IMG/VR virus record: IMGVR_UViG_3300025730_000007
Span: 21,195-85,194 of that record
Origin: a virus
Lineage: Duplodnaviria; Caudoviricetes
Strand: one strand, 5' to 3'
Length of the DNA: 64,000 nt
Shown here: one piece after another, positions 57,125 to 64,000 of the stretch
Numbering within the stretch: position 1 is the first letter of the stretch
Layout: each line of letters opens with the position of its first letter
Position numbers and translations under genes: made by a program
Notes under the pieces: model-generated
Seen by the model: only the letters and a program-made list of their open reading frames with translations
Told to the model about the DNA's origin: nothing
Databases searched by the model: none

Positions 57125-57604
57125 ATGTGCAACGAGTTCAACTGCATCACCTGCATCACCCATCGCCAACTGACCGGCAAGCTCCACCCCGAGGCGGTAG
57201 CCTGCGACCTGCTATGCATCGAGGGGCCGAAAGACCCCACCATGGGCATCTGCCCCCATTGCTTCCGCCTCATGCAGTGTGGAGACGAGACTGAGGAGGA
57301 GCGTTGCTGCGACGAGTGCGCCGCGATCTACTTCGCAACCAAGCGCGGGGAATTGACGTGCAAGCGTTGCGGCACGACGCAGGAGGAGCAGGAGGAACAC
57401 GGGCTCGGTTGCCCCGAGTGCCTCTGCAAGCATGGGCGACCGGCCATTGACGACGATTGCCCCGAGTGCAACGCCGAGCAGGCTCGCCGCGAGGCATACT
57501 GCGAGGAGCATGGGCACGACCTGGAGGCGAGTGGCGACCCCGAGAACGGTAGCGAAGACCTCTGTTGCAAGAGGTGCGGGTGGTTCAAGCGAGTGTGGTT
57601 CTAG
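57125..57604 (+). CDS. multi-zinc-finger protein
   Basis: AGGAGG RBS; seven or more CxxC pairs. Confidence 0.65.
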   Translation: MCNEFNCITCITHRQLTGKLHPEAVACDLLCIEGPKDPTMGICPHCFRLMQCGDETEEERCCDECAAIYFATKRGELTCKRCGTTQEEQEEHGLGCPECLCKHGRPAIDDDCPECNAEQARREAYCEEHGHDLEASGDPENGSEDLCCKRCGWFKRVWF

Positions 57605-57625
57605 CCCCTAGCAGGGGCCGGAACC

Positions 57626-57713
57626 GGGGTTGGGCGCATGGGCGCAAGGGTGGCCGGTTCGATTCCGGTCCAACCCCCCAAGCATGGGCCGGCAACGGCT
57701 CCAACGCAGGAGG
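57626..57713 (+). ncRNA. structured leader cassette B (T-arm-like hairpin plus GCAA hairpin plus RBS)
   Basis: Outer stem GGGGTTGG/CCAACCCC; CCGG-TTCGATT-CCGG; 43-nt block shared with 58184..58226. Confidence 0.5.
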
Positions 57714-57718
57714 TCACA

Positions 57719-58099
57719 ATGGGTCAGCGAATCAGTGGTAACTACTTCACCGAGCCAACCGAGCAGGGGGGCGAGTGGGAGTTGGTCTGCGGTACGGTCG
57801 AGAACGCGCTCCCCACGGGGGAGTTCGTGGTCATCGACGATGCGGTCTGCGCCATTCTGCACGTCGAGGGAGAGATTGCTTCCTACGACATCGCCGTCCA
57901 GGGGCGATACGTCGAGAGGCCCGACACTTGCGTGCATTGCGGAGCAGAGATTGACTGGACTCAGCGCTACAGTGCCTCGCGCGACACCATCTACAGCATC
58001 GGGGAATGCGAGTGCGGGACGTGCGGGGGCGACGAGCCGTACGCATGGCGCTACACCGAGGGAACGGTCGAGTACGACGAAGACGGTTGCTTCTCCTGA
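57719..58099 (+). CDS. acidic Cys-containing hypothetical protein
   Basis: AGGAGG RBS. Confidence 0.65.
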   Translation: MGQRISGNYFTEPTEQGGEWELVCGTVENALPTGEFVVIDDAVCAILHVEGEIASYDIAVQGRYVERPDTCVHCGAEIDWTQRYSASRDTIYSIGECECGTCGGDEPYAWRYTEGTVEYDEDGCFS

Positions 58100-58121
58100 G
58101 CGGCAACGCAAGGCGGGAGCA

Positions 58122-58226
58122 GGGGTTGGGCGCAAGGGGCGCAACCGCAACACGTATTGCGGCAGGGTGGTTCGACTCCACCGCAACCCCCCAAGCATGG
58201 GCCGGCAACGGCCCCAACGCAGGAGG
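58122..58226 (+). ncRNA. structured leader cassette C
   Basis: GGGGTTG/CAACCCC outer stem, 18-bp motif, GGTGG-TTCGACT-CCACC, GGGCCG-GCAA-CGGCCC. Confidence 0.5.
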
Positions 58227-58230
58227 GAAC

Positions 58231-58542
58231 ATGGAACGAGCAAAGACTGCGAAGGAAGTCGTGCGCCGACTGGCCGAGTGGTCGGTGGCACAAGGGGGGT
58301 GGAACTACCCCCCTCACACCCCGAAGCTCTATGAGGCTCTCGGCATCCCGCACTCCAAGAACAAGGTCTGGGCCGGGTTGTTCGGGTGCTTCTACTCGGA
58401 GGTAGCGGGGGCGACCATTCGCGTATACGCGAGCAACCAGAAGCGCCGACTCCACCGCGTGTTCATCATCTGCCCCGAGTGTGGGGAGGAGAAGGACGCT
58501 GGACACTTCAATCAGCACTCATGCGCAACGAGGAAGGACTGA
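58231..58542 (+). CDS. hypothetical protein with C-terminal C2H2-like motif
   Basis: AGGAGG RBS; CPEC..GHFNQHSC. Confidence 0.65.
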   Translation: MERAKTAKEVVRRLAEWSVAQGGWNYPPHTPKLYEALGIPHSKNKVWAGLFGCFYSEVAGATIRVYASNQKRRLHRVFIICPECGEEKDAGHFNQHSCATRKD

Positions 58543-58545
58543 GCC

Positions 58546-58815
58546 ATGAAAACTGCAAAGAGCAAGAAGTCCAGTCTCCCCCGGCCCCCCAAGGGCAAGG
58601 CGAAGGAGGCTTGGGATGCGGGTGTCGACTATGCCCACGACCTCATTGCGTGGCACCCCGACTCGAACGAATACTCGCTTGTGAGCAAGCTCATGGGCGG
58701 AGTCCTCGACCTCTGCGGCGGAGACGAGTATGCCGCTGATTGGGCGTTCGACGGCGGGAAGTCCGTCATCCACGCTCACTTCGCCGCAAAGGAAGCGCTC
58801 AATGAACTCGGGTGA
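58546..58815 (+). CDS. hypothetical protein
   Basis: GAGGA RBS. Confidence 0.6.
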   Translation: MKTAKSKKSSLPRPPKGKAKEAWDAGVDYAHDLIAWHPDSNEYSLVSKLMGGVLDLCGGDEYAADWAFDGGKSVIHAHFAAKEALNELG

Positions 58816-59053
58816 CAAGGTGGTTCTGGGCAAGGGGTGCAAGGGCATCGGGCTTCGCAAGGGGCAAGTGCTCAAGGTGCTCAAGCTGGTCGGCATTGAC
58901 CAGGGTGGCACGACCATTCTGTTCGAGATGGTTCCGCAGGGGCGCATCCGCCAACTCTACAACCGCAGGACTCCCCCCACGGTCGCCAACGCAACCTCGT
59001 TGTGGCTCCACAATGGCGACCCCACCTTGCGCGTTCTGGCGCACGTCATCTGA
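58802..59053 (+). CDS. hypothetical protein (SH3/KOW-like start)
   Basis: GDKVVLGKG; tiled ORF. Confidence 0.5.
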   Translation: MNSGDKVVLGKGCKGIGLRKGQVLKVLKLVGIDQGGTTILFEMVPQGRIRQLYNRRTPPTVANATSLWLHNGDPTLRVLAHVI

Positions 59054-59114
59054 GCCGTTGCACCGCAACACGTATTGCGGCATAAGGGCAAGGGGCCGAC
59101 CCCAAGTTCGGCCC

Positions 59115-59178
59115 CACAAGCAAGCGCGCGAGACGGTATTCCCCACCCCCTCCTGGCCGTCTCGCGCGCTTGCTTGTG
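59115..59178. repeat. 22-bp perfect inverted repeat with 20-nt spacer
   Basis: CACAAGCAAGCGCGCGAGACGG (59115..59136) and CCGTCTCGCGCGCTTGCTTGTG (59157..59178). Confidence 0.92.
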
Positions 59179-59231
59179 CGGTAGTCGCACAAGCCAACGG
59201 GGCAGAAGTCCCCTTCACCAAGGAGTGGCAG

Positions 59232-61373
59232 ATGACCACTGAGACACCGACTAGGGCGGAGCTTCGACGAAAGGCGAAGCAAGCCCTCAATCCCGAAACA
59301 ATCCTCCAGGGTGCCAACCCGGAGCAAGCGGTCGCCATCCAGCACGGCGAGGGGCCGCTTGGCGTGTTCGCAGGGGCCGGAAGTGGCAAGACCCGCGTGC
59401 TCTGCGCCAGGATGGCGTTCCTGGTCAGTATGGGCGCCAAGCCCGAACGCATCCTCGCCGTGACGTTCTCCAAGAAAGCCGCTGTCGAGATGGAGGAGCG
59501 CGCGCGGAAGATGGGAGTGCTCGCCGCCCGAGTCGGCACTTGGCACTCCCTCGCGTTGCAGATTCTCCGCGAGGAGCACGCTATCGACGAGTGGGCAATC
59601 GACGACAAGGACCGCGCCAAGGTGATCCTCAAGGCCAACGTGCTCGGGTACAAGGGCATGAATTGGCGGGACGCCGACATCGGTGTGGTGTCGGGCTACA
59701 TCTCATTCTGCAAGTCGCAACTCTGGGGGCCGGAGAGCGACGGAGCGCGCGAGTATGCCAAGGGCGAGCGCCGGCTCGTCGAGGCATACCAACGTTACGA
59801 GGCGGAGCTTCTCGACAACCGGCTCCTCACGTTCGATTGCATGCTCTGCAAAGCGGTTGACCTCCTGCGCGTCGAGGACACTCGCCTTCGTTGGGCCGCT
59901 CGCTGGGACTACGTGCTTCAGGATGAGGCGCAGGACGCCAACCCCGCGCAGATGGCAATCGCCGAAGCGCTTGCCCGCGACCACCGGAACTACATGGTAG
60001 TCGGCGACCCGGCGCAGAGCATCTACGGATGGCGAGGCTCCAAGCCCGAGTACGTCATGGAGTTCGAGAAGTCGTGGCCGGGGGCCAAGGTGGTGACGAT
60101 GAATCGGAACTACCGTTGCGGCTCTGCCGTGGTTGCCGTCGCAAACAAGGCAATCAGTCCCGCCGCAATGCGCCTCCCCGCCGACCTCGTGGCCGAGGGT
60201 GGTTGGCAGGGTGGCGTGAGCTTCTGGCGCGAGGCGGACCTCGACGGCGAGGCAACGCGTATCGCCAGCATCGTGCAGGAGAACGCGAGGGCCGGCCAAC
60301 CGTACGAGGCTCACACCGTTCTCTTCCGCACTAACGCTCAGTCCCGCGCGTTGGAAGAGGCGTTCCTGGCCGAGAAGATCCCCTATGTGGTTGTCGGGGG
60401 AACGAGCTTCTACGAGCGCAAGGAGGTCAAGGACTTGCTTGCCTACCTCCGCACGGCAATCGGGCGCGAGTTGGAGCAGAACGTGCGTCGCTGCGTCAAT
60501 GCCCCCTTCCGCTACATCGGCGCAGTCACGGTCGACAAGCTCCTTAGCGCGTTGGGGGCTCGCCACGGAGACCTCGTGGGGGCCATTGGAGACATCAGCG
60601 GCGAACTCCAGCGTAGGCAAGTGTCCAGCCTGACTGACTGGCTCGATGCGGTCGGCAACGTGGACCAGGGCGCCAAGCGGCTCGCCGCACTCACCGACAA
60701 TCGCACTGACACCGACCACGTTGGAACGGTGCTCGACGCGCTCGTGCGTGAGGTCGGATATGTCGAGTGGCTCAAGCGCGACCAGGGTGAAGAGGGGCTT
60801 GATAGCTCCCACGTTGCCAACGTGAAGGAGCTTGTGCGGGTTGCCTCCAGGTTCGCTACGGTGGAGTCGTTCCTCGACTTCATCGACGAGACAATCGCCA
60901 AGTCCAAGGAAGCCAAGCAAGGGGCCGGTGAGGGGCGCGTGCTACTGATGAGCATCCACCGGAGCAAGGGGTTGGAGTGGCCGTTCGTGTTCGTGTGCGG
61001 TTGCTCCGAGGGTATCCTCCCCCACCCTCGCGGGGATGCCGAGGAGGAGCGCCGGTTGTTCTACGTGGCAGTCACTCGCGCGGCTCAACACGCGTACCTG
61101 ACCAGTCCAGCATCGTTGGCATTGAGGGCCGGCGTCAAAGCGGTAGGTCCGTCGCAGTTCGTCGAGGAAGTCATGGACCTTCTCGCTGTCGGGGAGTTCG
61201 AAGTTCGCCGCTCAGGTGGTTGCCGGCAATGCCCCCAAGCCCCCTCGCAAGGGGCGCAAGGTGGCTCCCAAGCCGGCCAAGGCACCCCCGGCCCCCAAGC
61301 CGGCCCCCGAGGCTCCCAAGGGGGACTTGATGGGCCGCATCTTTGCAGCGGCAAAGGGGGTCAAGAGGAATGA
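59232..61373 (+). CDS. uvrD: UvrD/PcrA-like superfamily 1 helicase
   Basis: AGAGSGKT, VTFSKKAA, TWHS, DEAQD, VGDPAQSIYGWRG, NYR, LFRTN, SIHRSKGLEW and EERRLFYVAVTRA motifs. Confidence 0.93.
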   Translation: MTTETPTRAELRRKAKQALNPETILQGANPEQAVAIQHGEGPLGVFAGAGSGKTRVLCARMAFLVSMGAKPERILAVTFSKKAAVEMEERARKMGVLAARVGTWHSLALQILREEHAIDEWAIDDKDRAKVILKANVLGYKGMNWRDADIGVVSGYISFCKSQLWGPESDGAREYAKGERRLVEAYQRYEAELLDNRLLTFDCMLCKAVDLLRVEDTRLRWAARWDYVLQDEAQDANPAQMAIAEALARDHRNYMVVGDPAQSIYGWRGSKPEYVMEFEKSWPGAKVVTMNRNYRCGSAVVAVANKAISPAAMRLPADLVAEGGWQGGVSFWREADLDGEATRIASIVQENARAGQPYEAHTVLFRTNAQSRALEEAFLAEKIPYVVVGGTSFYERKEVKDLLAYLRTAIGRELEQNVRRCVNAPFRYIGAVTVDKLLSALGARHGDLVGAIGDISGELQRRQVSSLTDWLDAVGNVDQGAKRLAALTDNRTDTDHVGTVLDALVREVGYVEWLKRDQGEEGLDSSHVANVKELVRVASRFATVESFLDFIDETIAKSKEAKQGAGEGRVLLMSIHRSKGLEWPFVFVCGCSEGILPHPRGDAEEERRLFYVAVTRAAQHAYLTSPASLALRAGVKAVGPSQFVEEVMDLLAVGEFEVRRSGGCRQCPQAPSQGAQGGSQAGQGTPGPQAGPRGSQGGLDGPHLCSGKGGQEE

Positions 61374-62077
61374 GACGCACTAGCAGCGGGCAGACCGCCG
61401 CAGAGTTGCGGCGGGACCGCAAGCGCGCAGAGCGCAAGCGGTCACTCGACGGGGCATTGCACCTCCTTCGCCGGGGGGCGATGCCTTTTGCCGAGTTCCA
61501 GTCATGCACGCACGAGGTCTGGTGGAGGCTTGCGGCGCATCTCTACCGCAAGTGGAAGCCCCCAACGGGGGTTGACGTGGCGGATGTCTACCAGGAGCTA
61601 CTCCTCGCAGCGTGGCAATTCGTGGGAACGTGGGATTCGACCCGCGAAGTATCACTCGAACGCTACGTCGTTTGGAATGCCAGTGACAAGGCCAAGAAGG
61701 CGCTCCACAAGCTCCGTGGAGCGCGTCTCTCTGGTAGCTCGGATCGCAACCCTACTCGCGGTGAGACGCTAACCCCCAAGGGTGAGTGTCGCGTAGAGGT
61801 GTCAATCGACGAAGATGTATTGACTTCCCGCTACGAACGCGCGAAGGAGATTGCCCGCGAGGTTCCCATTGCAGATGCCGTCGTCATCATTCGGCTTGCT
61901 CGAACGTGGAGTGTCCAGGCTACCGCGTTCGAGCTATACGCCAACCCGCAGACCCGTCTCGCATTGCGGTTCGGTAACGAACGCGCTGCTCACCGCTTCG
62001 TGCGAGGCGTACTCAAACGCACCGCGAAGCGCTATTCCGCCGCAACACGTATTGCGGCGGATGGCGACACGGCATAA
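61370..62077 (+). CDS. sigma-70-family (region 2) phage sigma factor
   Basis: DVADVYQELLLAAWQFVGTWDSTREVSLERYVVW region 2 pattern plus a C-terminal HTH-like segment. Confidence 0.65.
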   Translation: MRRTSSGQTAAELRRDRKRAERKRSLDGALHLLRRGAMPFAEFQSCTHEVWWRLAAHLYRKWKPPTGVDVADVYQELLLAAWQFVGTWDSTREVSLERYVVWNASDKAKKALHKLRGARLSGSSDRNPTRGETLTPKGECRVEVSIDEDVLTSRYERAKEIAREVPIADAVVIIRLARTWSVQATAFELYANPQTRLALRFGNERAAHRFVRGVLKRTAKRYSAATRIAADGDTA

Positions 62078-62149
62078 GCGTTGTCAAAGCCGACCGTCTA
62101 TGGCACGGTCGGCGTTCGTGTTTGAGCCCTAGCAGGGCAAGGAGGCCAC

Positions 62150-63328
62150 ATGGCACGCAAAGCAACGAAACCGGAACGAATCTATGGGGTACTGAGCAGC
62201 AAGGTCAACGAGGAGACGGTGACGGAGGCGCTGATCGCGTTGGAGCTTCCCGCCGATGGAATCGTCGAAGACAAGGTTGGCCGGCTCGTGGCGCACTTCC
62301 GCGAGCATACCGCTGCCGACAAGCTCGCCAAGTGCGATGTCTGCGAGGGCAAGTCGGACGCCGAACTCGACGCTTGCCCCTACTGCGGAGTCGGGGATGA
62401 GGCACCCCCGGAGGACGCACCGGAGGACGCACCGGAGGACGCACCGGAGGACGCACCGGAGGACGCACCGGAGGACGCACCGGAGGACGCACCCCCGGAG
62501 GTCGAAGACGAGCCCGTTGAGCCCCCTGCGGAGCCTGCCAAGGGGGCCAAGGGCAAGGCCGAGGGCAGCAAGGCCGACAAGCCGGCCAAGGCGGAACTCG
62601 TCACGGTCGACGTGGACCCGCGCTTCAGCGTGAAGGACTTGGATGCAGCGGTCGAGCGCGCCAACCAACTGACGCGCGCGGGAGCCGTGGTTGCGTACGA
62701 GTTGGGTCTGCAACTGAAGCAGATCCACACCGACCAACTCTGGAAGCTCCGCAAGGGTGAGGACGGGGCTCCTACGTACAAGTCGTTCGAGGCGTTCGTC
62801 TTCGCGGAGTTGGAGATCAGCCGGCAGACAGCGTACGAGCAGATCGACGTGAGTGCGAACTACGAGAAGTCGGATGTCGAACGACTCGGCTACAAGAAGC
62901 TCGCGTTGCTGCTCAAAGCCCCCGAGGAGAAGCGGCCCGAACTGAAGGAGAAGGCTGAGAAGGGGGCGAGCTACCGCGAACTGACCGCCGAGGTGAAGAA
63001 CGCTCGCGCGGAGGCCGGGACGGGCAAGCGCAACACGGGTCGCAAGGAGACGCCGCAAGGCAAGGCCAACCCCTCTGGCCGGGGTGGCAAGGGCAGCGAG
63101 GTCAACACCATCACCGTCGCAAGCCTGCTCGGCAAGCAGACCGTGCAGATGTTCAAGTCGGTCAAGAAGACGGGCTCCAAGGAACTGGTCCCCGCTACCT
63201 CGTTGGATGACGATCCTTGGGCATGGGTGGAACTCCGCAACGGAGTCGTCGAGGTGTTCCACGTCGCCAAGACCGCCAAGGGGCTCGTGCTCCAGATCAA
63301 GCGCGAGCGCCGCAAGGCGGGGAAGTAG
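62150..63328 (+). CDS. zinc-ribbon plus DUF3102-like putative DNA-binding protein
   Basis: CDVC..CPYC; YELGLQLKQI..YKSFEAFVFAELEISRQTAYEQI..LGYKKL. Confidence 0.55.
   Translation: MARKATKPERIYGVLSSKVNEETVTEALIALELPADGIVEDKVGRLVAHFREHTAADKLAKCDVCEGKSDAELDACPYCGVGDEAPPEDAPEDAPEDAPEDAPEDAPEDAPEDAPPEVEDEPVEPPAEPAKGAKGKAEGSKADKPAKAELVTVDVDPRFSVKDLDAAVERANQLTRAGAVVAYELGLQLKQIHTDQLWKLRKGEDGAPTYKSFEAFVFAELEISRQTAYEQIDVSANYEKSDVERLGYKKLALLLKAPEEKRPELKEKAEKGASYRELTAEVKNARAEAGTGKRNTGRKETPQGKANPSGRGGKGSEVNTITVASLLGKQTVQMFKSVKKTGSKELVPATSLDDDPWAWVELRNGVVEVFHVAKTAKGLVLQIKRERRKAGK
62408..62491 (+). repeat. 12-bp in-frame tandem repeat CCGGAGGACGCA x7 (PEDA)
   Basis: Seven exact units counted. Confidence 0.93.
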
Positions 63329-63453
63329 CCTCTCCGTTCCCACGTTCCCACCGTTGCCGGCTCCCCCTTGCTACCCTTGCCACGGGACTGACCCCTTCGG
63401 GCCGCAACACGTATTGCGGCACGAGGGGGTCTTTACTCGTTTGGAGGCCACCC

Positions 63454-64000
63454 ATGAAACCGAAGTACGTCGGAGGCTATGTCGACCAGACCGACACGTT
63501 GCACTTGCTGTATCGCGAGTCTGGTGTGCTCCACGAGGCAACCACGCGTGCGAGGTGGACAACCTACTTCCGCGCAACTGATGTCGAGCCTCATCGGGCG
63601 CAGATTGAGCGCTCCCCCTACGTGGTGTCGGCCATGCCCGAGGGGGATTGGTTCCGCGTCGATTGGAAGTCCCGAGATGCGCGCAAGTCCATCATGGTCA
63701 CTGAGGACGAACGTGGTCGTCCCATTGAAAACTGGTTCCGCGTCAATGGCGTTGACCCCCACGAGGTCGACGTGCATCCGTTGCGTCGCTTCTTCGTCGA
63801 TACCGATGCAGAGGTGGAGCCGGCCCCCCGCATTGCCTATCTCGACATTGAGACGGACTCCAGGTTGCCGTTCGCGCGTAAGCACGAGATGCGAGTGCTC
63901 TGCGCTTGTGTGGTTGCGGGGTGTGATGCGCCAGAGTCCGACGTGCGCAAGGGGGAGCACGCAATGTTCGTGCTCGACCACGACACTGACGTTGACGAGG
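63454..64000 (+). CDS. family B DNA polymerase, N-terminal/exonuclease part (truncated by window end)
   Basis: GGAGG RBS; EVDVHPLRRFFVD...RIAYLDIETDS (Exo I); read by hand because it has no stop in the window. Confidence 0.75.
   Translation, partial: MKPKYVGGYVDQTDTLHLLYRESGVLHEATTRARWTTYFRATDVEPHRAQIERSPYVVSAMPEGDWFRVDWKSRDARKSIMVTEDERGRPIENWFRVNGVDPHEVDVHPLRRFFVDTDAEVEPAPRIAYLDIETDSRLPFARKHEMRVLCACVVAGCDAPESDVRKGEHAMFVLDHDTDVDE

Larger units (their letters stand above)
2352..63419. repeat. dispersed 18-bp near-palindrome CCGCAACACGTATTGCGG, 24 exact copies
   Basis: Forward starts: 2352, 4669, 6349, 8898, 12321, 15155, 15619, 20278, 28062, 31775, 34657, 38933, 50662, 53811, 55896, 58145, 59063, 62040, 63402. 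Reverse starts (CCGCAATACGTGTTGCGG): 10569, 22338, 25525, 43044, 48328. Confidence 0.97.

Noticed and set aside
55917-58182. tRNA genes at the GGTTCGA sites
   Set aside because: Only a T-arm and short helices are present; I could not fold a D-arm, anticodon arm and CCA end.
58812-59231. Extended N-termini in the ORF track (also 7902, 11233, 15090, 45233, 51038)
   Set aside because: They run through upstream genes or structured intergenic DNA; downstream ATGs with clear RBS were used instead.
2352-63419. The 18-bp motif as a CRISPR repeat, intrinsic terminator or parS site
   Set aside because: Copies are kilobases apart with no spacers or cas genes. No U-tract follows. Similarity to the TGTTNCACGTGAAACA parS consensus is limited to the central ACGT, and the ParB-N protein shows no obvious HTH.
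1-64000. Prophage boundaries, integrase or att sites
   Set aside because: No recombinase, repressor-antirepressor switch or host housekeeping genes were recognised; lifestyle cannot be decided from this window.

Overview
The window is part of a GC-rich, almost entirely plus-strand tailed phage genome with a contractile tail (myovirus-type). No integrase or host genes are visible. A Myxococcota-like host is inferred only from protein style. In order: small unknown ORFs; a putative small terminase; a Dam/D12-class adenine methyltransferase; a MazG-like gene; a 7-deazaguanine DNA-modification cluster (queD, queE, folE, queC, TGT-like dpdA, ArcS/DUF5591-like gene); a ParB-N protein; the large terminase; about 5 kb of accessory ORFs; the portal; a gpF-like minor head protein carrying an intein; scaffold, major capsid, HNH, neck, sheath, tube, chaperone with a -1 slippery site, tape measure, baseplate and fibre genes; a lysis/lipoprotein module; SF2 helicase, DnaB and primase; a 1.1 kb non-coding origin/terminus-like region; early ORFs with repeated structured leaders; UvrD, a sigma factor and the start of a family B DNA polymerase. 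Three observations stand out. (1) The 303-aa intein has no sense-strand homing endonuclease, but its antisense strand encodes, codon for codon, a 277-aa protein with two HTH units and a PD-(D/E)xK/Vsr-like nuclease motif. (2) One 18-bp near-palindrome, CCGCAACACGTATTGCGG, occurs in 24 exact copies spaced fairly evenly across the window, often right after stop codons and sometimes inside conserved genes. (3) Three early-gene leaders carry tRNA T-arm-like hairpins with covarying stems; two contain the 18-bp motif and one is an empty site. All product calls come from motif recognition by eye, and no database search was run.
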